From: Azolla caroliniana
Lineage: Eukaryota; Plantae; Polypodiophyta
Length of the DNA stretch: 64,000 nt
Assembly (NCBI GenBank): GCA_043228905.1
Contig: JBHGNT010000002.1
Span: 11,594,001-11,658,000, forward strand
Direction of reading: 5' to 3'
A model generated the notes under the pieces. The model saw nothing but the letters and a program-made list of their open reading frames with translations. It searched no databases and was not told where the DNA came from. This document shows positions 47,587 to 61,229 of the stretch, piece by piece. Numbering within the stretch: the stretch's first letter is position 1; each line of letters starts with the position of its first letter. Made by a program: the position numbers and the translations under genes.

Positions 47587-48532
47587 AGACTTTGTACTTC
47601 TTGAAGGCCGTGGACATAAAGGATAGACGGGAGTTGGGGACTCTTCTCGAAGATGATACCCAAGCAAATGGGGTCGTAGCGGACTGGATCGCGGTGAAGC
47701 GGGCATGCAATAGGCTCGACAAGCGTCGCCAATGGGTTGATGACACCGACATGACGGGACCGACTACCACGGAGAAAGCAAGACCGCCAAAAGTAGTTGA
47801 GCCGTTGAGACAAAGTAACGTGGAAGAAAAGAAGATTGATGACGACATCATTGAAGAGCTAGCGAAGAAGTTCGAGAAGGTCACGCTAGCCAACATGAAT
47901 CGTCGGGGCCCTAAAGGAAAAGAACCCTTTAGATGCATGTGGTGCGATAGCATGGACCACATGAGAAGGGATTGTGCGAGCCTTCGAGAGGCGATTCGAC
48001 AAAATATCGTATACATAGAGGACAACATGATCTGCTCAAGCGAGACTAGAAGACCCCTACGGGTGAATTTCGGAAGAGGAGGAATGAAGAGATCTATGGA
48101 GGATGCTGATGCGACTCATGTGGATGTGATGCACTATGCTGCGTCGGCCGGAATAAGAGTCGGAAAAGACAAGATTGAAGCTGCTAGAGCGGGAGCAAAG
48201 TTTTGGACTTCCATTCTCGAATATGAGAAGAAGGGAAAAATCACATCGAACGAGGTAGAGCTTGCGGACCGAAGCGTGCAAAGCATAACCGGGTGGTCGG
48301 ATCTGGTGGACGACAACACCATACTCGCAGAGGTGATGTGCGACAACCACGAGGTGTTCGTCAAAGAAAAGAGGAAGAGAATAGAAGAGCAAGGGCCATC
48401 AAAAAGACATGAAACAAGGAACGCGAAAAAGAAGGACGATGTAGAGACGAGTCAACCTTTTCAAACGGAGGAACGAGAATCAAGCTGAAAAGGGGAGCCG
48501 AGCATACGAGTTGAAGAAACGGTTCGGCCCGT

Positions 48533-50320
48533 TGTCATGAAGAAAACCGTCCACAAGCGGAATCGGTGCACAGGAGTGTAGGAACCGGCTCTTCTCGAAT
48601 GTTGTCCGTAGAAGATCCTAAGCGGGTAGATTTAGTGGGTAGGAAGTAAAGGAGAAACGGCTCCTTCCTTGCCTATAAAAAGGAGGGAGACAAGAAGGGG
48701 GAGGGGAGCGCGGAGAGTCGAGGACGAAGTGCTGTCGGTTTGCGTGCGAAGGCTTCTCTCTCTCTCTCTGGTTCGCAAACTCCATAGCTTCCTTCTGTGC
48801 AGGTTTCGGGAGGCTCGCGCTGCTCTGAGGAATGCCCGAGTGCTTCCGGCAGCACCTCCAACCTGCTCCTGTCTTTCTGTGCGTTTACGAACAGGCATCG
48901 ACATCTGTTCGCCGGCCTGTTCGGTTGTAACCGACTTCGTGGTTTTGTTGTCTTCGTGTTCTTGTTGTTTGTCTTTGTTAATACATACATACATTCGTGT
49001 CTTTCTGTGTCACTGTCCCACTTGCGTCTTTGCGTCGAAGGGTTGTGTCCCTGTGGATCTACGCTCGCACGTAGAGGGTCTCTTCTCCTTCCTCTCTTGC
49101 TCTTTGGTACAAGACCCCCGAGGTTCCGCCTCATTCCACGCATTCGCGAGGAAAACGTCGACATCTTGGTGAACCCGACGTGAAAGAGGCGGCAGAAGAG
49201 CAGAAGATGAAAGGGTCGGATCTTGGGGAGGCCATGGCTTCGGCCGTGGATCGGATACTGAGCGTACGCGAGGGCTCCGGCGCCCTCGACAGAGCCATTG
49301 AGGCGGTCGTTGGTACGATCGGCCGGTTCAGCGAAAAGGATGCCACGAAGTATTTGGCGTCCTACGGGGCAGAAATGCTGATGCGGGACATTCCGGAAGA
49401 GAGGCGTCTTGCCGGGTTCCCTCGAGTGACGATGCCGAGCATCCATGCGGAGGTGCTCGAGGTGCGGGCGGAGAGCCGTACCTGGGAGGAGTTCGAAGGT
49501 CGACTCCTAGAAAAATACGGGCTGGACGACGCGCTCCGGCTTTCGAAATGAGACTTCATGGAATGGGTGGAGTCCCCCGGCAAGGGAAGAAACGCGTCGG
49601 CACTCCTCCGGGAGTTCGAAGAACGCTTTGCGCGCCTTTCGGCGCTTGACCGAACCATTCTAGATACGAGCCAGGTCCTACTGTTCGTCAAGTTGGTGGA
49701 CGAGCGGGACCGGGATCAAGTCGGCTCCTTGCTGGAAACCGAAGACGGGCTGACGATCGACTGAACCGGCACCGCAAGGGCGAAGGGAAGAAACCCGAGA
49801 ATGGCTCGAAACCGGCCCGGCTTCGACCGGCATGGTCAGTGGCTTGTCCAGAGGAGCAGCGCTGGAGGAGTTGACGCGAGCGATAAAGGATCTCCAGATC
49901 GCCCAGACTCGAAGGGAAGGTGGCGAACCGGCTCGTGACCGACGGCCGGCAGTAGGGAATAGGTGCATGTGGTGCGATGAGGTCGGCCACATCCGGAAGG
50001 ACTACGGCGATTTCGCAGAAGCGTTGAGGAACCGGGTGGTGTACCTGTGGGAAGGCCGGGTGCACGCCGGCGACACCAGGAGGGCCCTGAACCGAAACAA
50101 TGGACGAGGAGGTATGAAGAGACTGATGGAAGAGGCAGCGGCCCGACACGTGGAGGCCATCCACTACTCGGCGTCGGCCGGCATTCGGGTCGGGGGCAGC
50201 GAGGCCCGAAAGGAGGGCAAAGACGGATTCTGGTCGGCAATGCTGGAAGGTCTTACCGGCGCACGGCTAAGGAAAGACGAAACGGACCGTGCTGAGAGAC
50301 GGGTCCGGGAAATAACCGGG
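48533..50320 (+). mobile_element. LTR retroelement 5' part with tRNA-Trp PBS (copy 2, different LTR)
   Basis: LTR 48533-49163 (TGTC...GACA) and PBS at 49167-49184. gag-like fragments are homologous to copy 1 (CMWCDEVGHIRKD, N.GRGGMKR, HY.ASAGIRVG, ITGW). Confidence 0.82.
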
Positions 50321-53300
50321 TGGTGCTTCCCCGGACGATATGTAATTTTGAAGTCGAAACGCATGAAGAAGCGGGCCCACCGAGCTTGACGTCGATTCAA
50401 CACACGAGCATCCTGAAAGTAGGCAAGGTTCTTGTGGTCACTAAATACGGTGACCGGATGAGAGGATCCCTCCAAAAAATGCCTCAATTGCATAAAAGAA
50501 TCCACTATTGCCAATAGCTCCCTATCATGAATTTTGTAGTTGATTTCGGCGGCGTCAAACTTGCGTGAGTGAAAAGCCATAGGATGTAGCTTCTCATCAT
50601 TCCCCTGTTGTGACAGAATGCTCCCCAATGCAAAATCCGATGCGTCAGCTTCGATAATAAATGGTTTTTCCGGATCGACATGAGCTAGAATTGGAGCCGA
50701 TGTAAATGCCTTTTTAAGACTCTCGAAAGCCACGTCCGTTTCTTCAAACCAAATGAACGGTTGTCCCTTCCTGGTAAGTTGTGTGAGAGGTAGAACGATC
50801 TTTGAGTAATCTTGTATGAACTTCCGGTAAAAATTGGCAAAGCCTAGGAAGCATTGCACATCCCGCACCGAACGTGGAGTCTGCCATTCTACCACCTTTT
50901 TTACCTTAGCTGGGTCCATGGAAATGCCTTCTGACGAAATGATGTAGCGGAGAAATTCCACTTGGTTGCACCCGAAACTACATTTTTCCAGCTTTGCATA
51001 CAAACCATATTCTCGAAGTCGTTTTAGTACTAATAGTACATGAGAATTATGTTCTTCTTGGGTCTTTGAATAAACCAGTAGATCATCCAAATAGATGATC
51101 AAACAATCATCCAATAGATCTCAGAATATATCATTAGCCATGTGGAGGCCGAACGGCATGACCGTATACTCGAAGTGCCCATATCTGGTGCGAAACGCGG
51201 TCTTCCATTCGTCTCCTGGTCGGATCCGTACGAGGTTATATGCTCCCCGTAAGTCGATCTTCGTGAAGAACCTGGCACCATTGATCTGTTCTAAAAGACT
51301 TGACATAAGGGGAAGAGCATACCTATTCCTGATTGTAACCTTATTCAGGCCACGGTAATCTACAACAAGACGAAGCGATCCATCCTTTTTCTTGACGAAG
51401 AAAATGGGCGCGCCGGCTGGAGATTTCGAATGCCGGATGAAACCATTTTCCAAATTCTCCTCTATATAGGCCCGAAGGACTTCCAGCTCGGTTGGTGACA
51501 AATTGTAGATCGGTCCCCATGGCAGCTCTTTTCCCGGCTGTAAATCGATGGGGCAATCGTACGGTCGATGATGAGGAAGTATGTTGGCTTGTACTTTATC
51601 GAACACATCGGCGTAATGACGATACTTCTCGGGAAGTTGAACGGTGGATCCTTCTTTAGTGGTGCTGGAGGGGTTTACTGATATTGCAAAGAGGAACATT
51701 TCCTCCTTGTGGCCTTCTTTACGCAACTGACATAGCGAAATGGTTGCCATCTTCTGAGTTGACCCTTGGGTTTGTCGACACCGGATTTCTCTTGTTCTCC
51801 AATCTATGTCTGGGTTATGTAACTCAAACCACGGTAATCCTAAAACTATGGGATGTTCTGGGATACTAATAATATTAAATGATACTACACATACTAAGTT
51901 ATCTAGGACAATATTAATGGGCTCTGACTCTTCTATGATATTTCCGAAAGCAATGGGACGTCCATCAAATACTACTACAGAGGTTGGACACTGGAGTTTT
52001 CTTCGGGATATCTTATGAGCTTGAGCAAATTTCTTATCCATAAAGCAAGAGTTAGCTCCGGAATCTAGGAGTGCTAGGACATGTACTGGAGGGGTACTTT
52101 TAGTACTAACTATTACTTGGGCTACGAACACATCACTAACTTGCTTAGAGGGAATGGAACCACTAATGGGCTGCACAGATCTAGGGCTGTCCAACCAAAC
52201 GGCTCCTATTTTGGATGGACTTAGTCGTTTAACTCTTCTTCTAACTGACTAAGGACATCAAATTTGTTTGCTAGATCTGGGCTATTAGTATTATTAGGAC
52301 TATCAGATATCCCTACTGAAATAGGTTCGGGTTTAGTACAATTAGAACTAGCGACTATTTGGTTTACCTGTCTTCTTGGCCTATGGGGGCAATTTATTGC
52401 AATATGTCCTGGTCCACCGCAGTAAAGACATAGTCGATTTGTACGGCATCGCTGCTTTTCTTCTTCGGATAATGGCCCTCGACGACGTGTAGTGTCAATC
52501 TCCATCGGAATCGGAGTATTCGCTGGAGGCGCATTATATGACTCCCTCGGAAAAGGTCTTGCTACCACTGAGGCATAGGTGGGCTCTGATCTTGCCCTCG
52601 GCATCTGTAGTTGTCATTCCGAACGTCGCTCAAAGAGGCGGTTGTCACATCTCACCGCACGACTGATTGCTTCTGTTAAGGACTTTGGCTCTTCGGGGAA
52701 GGTCAAGAGTAAATCCTTGACGTCGTTGCGTAAACCATAACGGAATTGCTCCTTCAACGCTTGATCATCCCAAGGGATATCAACGGCGAGTAGGCGAAAA
52801 TCTGCAACATATGCGGAGGCTGGACGGTCACCTTGGCGTAATCGCCGAATTTTGTTGATTGCGGTCCTGATGCTGTCAGTATCTCCGAAACATGCTTTAA
52901 ACTCACCTAGAAACTCTTCAAAATTGTTGAGTAACGGGGATTCCTTTTCTAATAGTGGAGCGAACCATGCCAATGCTGAGCCACTTAACAAAGTGCCTAC
53001 TAAACCCACTCGTGATGCATCGGTGGGATACTAGGAAGGATGCATTTGAATAACTAATCGTACCTAGTTAAGGAACCCTCTAAACTGCGATCGCGTTCCA
53101 TCGAACTTCGTGGGAAGGCCAATCTTGAGTTCTTTATGAATCCCTTGTGTTCCGGGCCCTTGTTGTTGCATCGCTACGATGGTTGCTTCGAGTTGTTGCA
53201 CGCGTAACGCAAGTTCCCCATGTTGTTGTTGCGTTTGCTGCTTTTCTAAGGAGATTTGCTGAAAATCCCCCAGCAACCGTTGGTTTTCTTGTTCCAAAGC

Positions 53301-53857
53301 ATGGAACTTCTCTTTCAAGCATTGAAATTCCGAGAAAACATATTGATATTCTTCAGCGCTAACAGTGGCCATGGGATGAAAGAAAAGAGGAATAAGAGAT
53401 TAGTAGGAAATGAGAGAGACAGAAGGTAGGGAAATCGGTTCAAACTGTCAGGAACAGTACTAAGACAAAGAAGGAATTAGTACTAAAAGAAGTATTAGTA
53501 CTAAGAGAGGTGAAGAACTCTCGAGAGAAGGAAAGAGTGAGTGAGAGGGAGAGAGAGAGAGTGATGATAAGAAAAGATATATATTAAGTGAAGAAAATGT
53601 ACAATAGCTAGGAGGCTTAAGACTGGCGTTGAACCGATTTGGTTCGAAATAATGCCTTGTGCCTCCTTTTATAGTGTTCTAAGGAATACTCCTGAAGTTT
53701 CTAGAATGTTCCAGAGAAATCTGGAATATACATCAATTTTCTATAATAAAACATAAATGAAAATAATATTCTATGTATTACAATGTATAGTTTAATGGTC
53801 GAGAGCTCGACCCATGTAGTATAAGGTCATGGGTTCGAGTCTTGCCATATCATGACA
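50320..53857 (-). mobile_element. Older truncated copy of the Tcn1-like chromovirus family
   Basis: LTR 53446-53857, self-priming site 53432-53443, gag 53372-52221 with stops, and pol to ~50320 with a small deletion in RT near 51140. Highly similar to 4970-8620. Confidence 0.93.
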
Positions 53858-53858
53858 A

Positions 53859-54110
53859 CACGTGCCTCAAGAGCACTTTGAGATTGCCGAAGTTCGGACA
53901 TCTGATGAGCGGTTGAACTAAGGGAATTTTGTATTTGTTAAAAATACGACTCAATGGACATTGGTCCAAGAGGATTTCCTTGAGTTCGTTCTGCTTGAGC
54001 GGATGACATCGAGTTGTTATTTTGTGCCATTGAATGATTATTTCTGGCAAAAATAGGATAAGGCCAAACAAATAGTCATAACATCATGTCGTGATGTAAA
54101 CATATCATAA
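53859..54110. repeat. ~250-bp dispersed repeat, second copy at ~58946-59196
   Basis: Direct similarity (CACGTGCCTC.AGAGCA.TTTGAGATTGCC...TAAACATATCAT). Confidence 0.8.
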
Positions 54111-57100
54111 CGCTTTTCTAAAGTGTTCATGCACACTAGATGTCCCTGAATTGCTTTTTCTAGCATGCTTTTTATTTCTAAATATAGTGCTCGTGCACTC
54201 TAGACGTGCATGAGTAACTTTTTTTTTGTCACTTATAATACGTTAGTACAATGGTAAGGTTTGGGGTTTGTTTACATAGAGGTACTAGGTTCGAATCTTT
54301 CCCTATGCATGTAACATATATTTTAATATTTGTTTTTATTTCTTTATGCATACTTAATTGGATATTTCTGTTGGGGATATGTCCCTCTAGTGGGAGGAAC
54401 CGACTGTTCGGAAGTAGCCGACAATCGAAGAGTCGAAGAGTCGAAGGAACCGACTATTCGGAAATAGTCGACAACCGACAGTCGAAGATCATACGGCTGA
54501 AATACAAGGACTGTGAGGGCATCGTCGAACACATCAGCACATTCATGGGGTATGTGAATCAACTTGCTGCAACCAAGTTTCCTCTAGATAATGCGATGCA
54601 GGCCATTCTGCTGATGTGCACACTGTCGGATAGCTGGGAGAACCTAGTGGTTACTCTCATCACCTCTTGTCAAAAAGAAAACTTGTCTTTACAAACCATA
54701 AAGACAAGCTTCCTAAATGAGGAGGCGAGGAAGGACATGGGAGTCCTATCACAGTCGGAGTCGAATTTAACACAACATTCAGACAAAGGAAGGAACCGGC
54801 AAAGAAGTCCACCAAGGAGAGAAAAGTCCCAAGCCAAATCAAAGTCCAGAAGCTAGTGTGCTTTTACTGTGGTAAACCTGGACACTTCCAGAAGGACTGC
54901 CGACACATGAGAAAAGATAAGGGTGTCAAAAACAATGTCGAACCTAGGAAGATTCCTGATGAGAAGAACACTTCTGCCATTGCTACAAGCAATGAAGAGT
55001 TGTTGTTCATTTGTGAATAGACAAGTGCAAATCTTGCAAGTGAAGAATGCACTTGGGTGATCGATTCCGGGGCATCGTTTCACATAACTCCGTCGAGAGA
55101 GTATTTCTCAACATACATAGTCAGAGATCACGATTATGTTAAAATGGGTGATAGTGGAGAGTGCAAGATAGCCGAAGTCGGAAGTGTCTGCTTGACGACG
55201 TCGACAGGGTGTCGACTGACTCTGAAGGATGTTCGACACGTCCCCGATATCATATTGAATCTGATATTGACTGGAAGGTTAAATGATGGAATGGCAAGTG
55301 GAAGTTCTACTGAGGAAATCTTATAGTGGCCCAAGCACAGAAAGAAGGCACATTATATATGATGCATGCCCGACTGTGCAAATCAGAAGTAAATGTGGTC
55401 ACCGACTCGGCAGGAGTGATATGGCATAAGAGGCTTGGCCACATGAGTGAGAAAGGAATGCACCTGCTAGCTGACCAAAAGCTTCTACCAGAAGTCAAGG
55501 GAGTGCACCTGGAGAAGTGCGTCGACTGCTTAGTCGGAAAGCAGAACAGATTGGCATTCCACACAAGACCACCAAGAAGAAGAGAAGCTACATTGGAATT
55601 GGTACACACGGATGTGTGTTATGTAGATGCTCCATCGCATCGAGGTGGATAGTACTTTGTGACGTTCATCGACGACTATAGTCGGAAGACATGGGCCTTC
55701 GTATTGAAGTCAAAGGATCAAGTACTGTCGGTTTTCAAAGAGTTCCAAGCTAGAATTGAACAAGAGTCGGGTCGGAAGTTGAAGGTTGTTCGAACCGACA
55801 ACGGTGGTGAGTATGGAGGGCAATTCGAGGAATACTGCAAGTGCCAAGGTATTTGGATTGAATACACAATGCCAAAGACCCCAGAGTTGAACGGGCTTGC
55901 AAAGAGGATGAATCGAACAATCATGCAGAGGGTAAGGAGCATGCTCTCTCATGTGAAATTGTTGAAATCCTATTGGGTTGAGGCAATGTACACAGTTGTT
56001 TATCTGATCAACAGGTCTCCCTCGGTACCATTAAAGGGTGATGTCCCACAGAGAGTGTGGACAGGGAAGGATGTCTCCTACCAACACCTGAGGGTGTTCG
56101 GATGTTTGGGGTATATGCATGTACCGAAGGATCAGAGGTCAAAGCTCGACAATAAGTCGAAAGCATGCATATTCATGGGATACTTGGAAGATGAGTTCGG
56201 CTATAGGCTATGGGACCTAGTCAACAAGAAGGTAGTGAGAAGTCAGGACGTGGTCTTTCTTGAAGATAAGACGATTGAAGACTGGAAGCAACAGAAGTCG
56301 GATACGACTCCCCAGTCAACCCCGACTATCGTCGATCTAAGGTCAAGTGAACCGACAACGTCAACTGTTCGGAGACGGCCAGTCGGCACAGCCGAATCCG
56401 AGTCAGTCGACTCGGAGAGACTGGTCGACTATGAGTCAGAGTTGGCAGAGCTGCTAAGGTCAATTGAAGAGTATGAGTTGGAGTCATCCAACCTGGAGAT
56501 GCCGATTGACGTGTAGGAACCCGAGTGGAGAGAAGAGTTGGCAGAGACATCCGAAAGAGAGCCAACAACGAGTGGAAGGAGATACCCACTCAAAGAAGGG
56601 AAAGCACCGACAACATATGCCAGTCAATACATCCTCTTGCCTGATGAAGGTGAACCGGAGTGCTATGAAGAAGCCATTGCCGACGAGCACAAAAGAGAAA
56701 TGGCTGAGCGCGATGCAAGATGAGATGGAATCCCTGCACGATAATTACACCTATGACCTGGTAGAGTTGCCGAAAGGTAAGAGAGCACTCAGGAATAAGT
56801 GGGTCTACAAGGTGAAGATTGGAGAAGCCGACAGTGAGCCCAGGTATAAAGTCCGCATAGTGGTGAAGGGTTTTCAACAGAAAAAGGGCGTCAACTTCGA
56901 CGAAATATTCGCACCAGTCATGAAGATGACATCCATTCGAACTATTCTGAGTATAGCGGCTAGTATGGACCTGTAGATCGAACAGTTGGATGTCAAAACC
57001 GCATTCTTACACGGGGAGCTAGAAGAAGAAATCTACATGCAGCAACCCGATGTCTTTGAGGAGAAAGGGAAAGAGAACCTAGTGTGATGACTAAAGAAAA

Positions 57101-58720
57101 GCTTGTACGGTCTGAAACAAGCTCCACGCCAATGGTACAAGAAGTTCGAGTCCTTCATGATGGAACACCGGTTCCAGAAAACATAGGCCGATCATTGTGT
57201 GTTCGTCAAAAGGTACGAAGAAGGAGACTTCTTGATTCTCTTGTTATATATTGATGGCATGTTGATAGTCGGTCAAGACACAAGGAAGATCGGAAGCTTG
57301 AAGAAAGCTTCAGGCAGGTTGTTTGCCATGAAAGACCTTGGACTAGCTAAACAGATCTTAGGAATGCACATAGTTCGAGACAGAACTTAAAAGGTGCTAT
57401 GGTTGTCACAACAAAAGTATGTGACAAAGATCCTAGAAAGGTTCAACATGTCGGACGCAAAGTCAGTCGGCTCGGTGTTGCCGACAAATTGTAGGTTAAA
57501 TGCGAAGTAGTGCTCGAAAGGGGAGAAGGAGAAGGCCGAGATGAGGAAGGTACCATATGCCTCGGCCGTCGGTAGTCTAATGTATGCTATGCTCTGTACG
57601 AGACTAGACATAGCATTTGATGTGGGAGCAGTAAGCCGATATATGAGTATTCCAGGAAGAGAACACTGGGCAGCAGTGAAGTGGATACTCTGGTACTTAA
57701 AAGGCACCTCAGGGGTATGGTGTCAGAAAACTTGTGATGGAAGGTTTTACCGACTCAGACATGTCGGGAGATGTAGACTCAAGTCGATCCACGTCAAGGT
57801 ACATGATGACCTATGGAGGGGGAGCAGTGTCATGGAAATCACAACTGCAGAAGTCTATAGCCTTGTCGACTACAGAGGCAAAGTATATGGCAGCAATAGA
57901 GGCCAACAAAGAGCTGATCTAGATGAGAAATTTTCTCAACGAGGTAGGGATGAAGCAGAGGGAATTCTTGCTTCACTATGATAGCTAGAGTGTCATACAT
58001 CTTGCCAAGAATGCTGCATAACACTCCCAGACCAAGCACATACAGAGAAGGTATCACTAGTTGCGGGAGAAAGGCGAAGAAGGAGAGTTTACACTTGTGA
58101 AGATCCACACGGACAACAATGGATCCGACATGCTCACGAAGAACCTACCACAGGAGTGAAGGGGGAGTTTGTTGGGGATATGTCCCTCCAGTGGAAGGAA
58201 TCGATTGTTCGGAAGTACCGACAGTCGAAGAGTCAACAACAGAGAGTCAATTATTTAAACAGATTGATTATTATGATTACTATAGTAATAATAATAATAG
58301 TAATGATATGTAGCAGTGGCTACAATTGTAAATAGTCCATACGATGTATCAGTATATATATACATCTAGGGCAAACATAAATGAGTGATGACAATAGAAG
58401 TGTGCGTAAGAGAGACATGAGAGAGAGAGAGAGAGCAGTGCCATAGCTGTGTGCGTAATAGCAGATGCCAAGAACCCTGTGTGGGTGATACACTCATAAT
58501 CAAAGTGTTGTAATCTCTACCTTGTACATCCACTGTATAGTCAAGTTTTTGCTCTCCCGTGGTTTTCTCCCGTTTTTAGAGTTTCCACATAAATCTCTGT
58601 GTACTGTGTCGTCGTGTGCTTGTGTAGTGTATTTTCAGCATTGTTTGATCTTGTGGTTTTACGAATTGATTCTCAATAATTTCTTACATATTTCACGTAG
58701 TGTACAAATTACACTACAAC
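54111..58720 (-). mobile_element. Partial LTR of family Z (pieces 54111-54368 and 58684-58720), split by copia B
   Basis: The reverse complement aligns with ~62443-62830 (TGT..TAGTGTAATTTGTACACTACGTGAAAT...). Carries tRNA-like boxes at 54244-54297. Confidence 0.65.
54369..58678 (+). mobile_element. Degenerate Ty1/copia family B (Tnt1/Tork-like) element
   Basis: TSD ATTTC (54364-54368, 58679-58683). The 5' LTR is truncated by a deletion into gag (~54490). Contains WVIDSGA, integrase, RT and 'VPYASAVGSLMYAM', PPT GAAGGGGGAG and 3' LTR 58170-58678. Confidence 0.9.
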
Positions 58721-61229
58721 AACGCCACCAGGCGGCGGCCTTACTCCCTAGTTCTCGGTCGACATATGCAATCTTCATATTATCTGGTGTGGGATAGAGC
58801 TCAAAATGAGACTCCCATCAGCCCAACCACGTGCAGATTGCTTCTTCGGTTCTTTCCTTTTTCTCTCCCGTAAATGGCTTTACGACAAATGATGGTTGAC
58901 CCTGATCCTCATCGAGTCTATTAGTGTCACGTTGTAAACTAATGACACGTGCCTCGAGAGCATTTTGAGATTGCCAAAGTTCGGACATCTGATGAGCGGT
59001 GAACTAAGGAAATGTTGTATTTGTAAAAAATACGACTCACTAGACATTGGTCTAGGAGAATTGCCTTGAGTTCCTTTCGCTTGAGCAGATGACATCGGGT
59101 CGTTATTCTGAGCCATTGAATGATTGTTTCTTGCAAAGAAATAGGATAAGGCTAGACAAATAGTCATAACATCATGTTGTGATGTAAACATATCATGGGC
59201 CAACATTAATCGATATCATGATCTCACGTCAATACCCCTCTAGATGTATGAGATAAAGTTCAAGATCAGGTTACTATGGTAACACAAAGGTGTTTTAAAA
59301 ACCATGAGGGTGACAATGAATGTCTTTCCCTGATCTCTATATCGATTTTTTCATGGCGGCTCCCCTAGGTTCAACCATGTATGTTCGATCATGAATAGTT
59401 TATACATGAAAAAAATGTTAACAATAAACTATGTTTCCATGCCCACATATGTGGTTTCAGCTCTTTAAGTCTTATTATGAGGACCCCGAAGTGCACTTAG
59501 ACCTAAATTCTAAACATGTATTATAATCATATGTATCAAGAATGTTGTATAGTCTTGGTCATATTTAAACTCGGGACCTCGAAAACAAATGCATTAAACA
59601 CTTGAGCTAACCAAATAGATTGCTCGTGTTGAATGTTCAACGTTTTATGCGTAAGAGATATGCGAGGCATTTTCCCATATATGTTTTTTAAAAGAAACAT
59701 ATATGTCAAGAGTCCTTATATCCCTCTCGTTTACCACAAACTATGTAGGTACGTTACCTAACCTCAACTCTCATAATTACGATGGCATACGCCAAAATGC
59801 AACCTAATGGTCAAGCCAAATGAGCCCTCTTTTCATAGTAGGCCCACGTGGCCCATCATATGGTTATGTCATTACGAATGCCTTTCGTAAGAATGATCTC
59901 ATGGTGGCATCGTATCCATGTAATGAGGGAGGGATGTTGTATATGTGTGTCATAGGAGCGATCTCACATGAAGTGGGTCAAGCCCTATGTTCTCACCATC
60001 ATTGTGGCTATGATCATTTGGTTACGTAATGAAATCGAAGTGACCAACAGGGATGTCAACAAAAAAGATTGTTGAAAAAAGGATAATTACTACGCCATTC
60101 TCACAAAAATGTGAGGACGGCCACCAAGATCCGTTCCACGAAAAGGACAACATTCGATATATAAATCACATAATAACTAATATACACATACGTATATTTA
60201 TCACACATATACGATCAAATACGTATACACGTGACCACATATGTGTATATTAAGAATAATCGTAACATCAAATAGCCAACATATGATAAAATTGAGACAC
60301 GTAATCGAGGCATATAGCCTTAGCCTCTACGCACAAGAAACATCCGATAATAAGGGTTAATCGTTATACGCAATTGAGGTATTGATCTCTAACGCATACA
60401 ACACCAAACGCATATCATTTACATAAAAATCGAGGTATTGACCTCATATGCGTACGTAACATATGTATGTGAACGTAATACGCAATTGAGGTATTAACCT
60501 CGTACACATACGACACTAATCACATATTAAATATATGTCAAATGAGGTATTAACCTCATACGCATATGTAAACATTTTATAAACCAATTAATTACCACTA
60601 CAACATCATTGAATCAATGAAAAAAATTACATATTGAAAGTATACATGATTAGATGGGACAAGAAAAAATTACCGAAGTTCCTTTGTTGATTGTTATCTG
60701 GATCAAGGTCGACCGCACGTCGATCGATCACCATCCATCAAGAACACAAAAAGAAACAAAGGAAACATTAGAAACATAAGCTCGGATACCAACTGTTAGA
60801 GCTATGGTCTAACGTAAGTGTATGATAAGGATAAAATATAGATAAACATAACAAAGGAGAGAGAGAAAGACGGGTGCCGATCCACCCTACCACCCCTGAG
60901 TGAAGGGATCGAGACGGACTCGAGCCTCTATCGGCGTCCCATACCACCGTCGTGGCGTCGAGTCATACCTGGTGCTCGCGCGCTCACTACAAGAGTTGAC
61001 CCACCACAACGACAGAGTCTCGACGTAGTCAAAAGATGATGAAATGAGGGTAGCTAGGCCTCATATTTATAGCGATACCCAAGGCCCCCAGGCAAGTTCA
61101 CACTTGGCCTTATGGGTTGTCTCAATCCCGAGGATTAAAAGTAATCCTCCCCTTCTTTACACTCTCATTTAACCCTCGCACTTATCCACGTGTATAGAAT
61201 ACTATGGTAAATTCTCACCACGGGATATT
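58721..61229 (-). mobile_element. LTR element 5' part with non-coding interior (LTR ~60794-61229, PBS TGGTATCCGAGC)
   Basis: Minus-strand ...TCTAACA at 60794, iMet-like PBS at 60791-60780 and TATA-like CTATAAATA at ~61065-61073. The ~2 kb AT-rich interior has short repeats (GAGGTATT.ACCTC) and no ORF. Confidence 0.6.

Larger units (their letters stand above)
45337..48532 (+). mobile_element. LTR retroelement 5' part with tRNA-Trp PBS and gag-like ORF (copy 1)
   Basis: LTR 45337-46350 with 12-bp terminal inverted repeat TGTCGTGAAGAT/ATCTTCACGACA. PBS TGGTGAACCCGACGTGAA at 46359-46376. ORF 46418-46900 rejoins 47592-48488 with CMWCDSMDHMRRDC. Confidence 0.82.

Noticed and set aside
48632-49446. 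Long overlapping ORFs (up to 257 aa) across the LTR
   Set aside because: They lie in GC-rich LTR or antisense gag sequence with no recognisable motifs, so they are likely chance ORFs.
50164-50389. Fusion ORFs spanning ~50320
   Set aside because: Artefact of a deletion joining two oppositely oriented elements at a short GGTG overlap.
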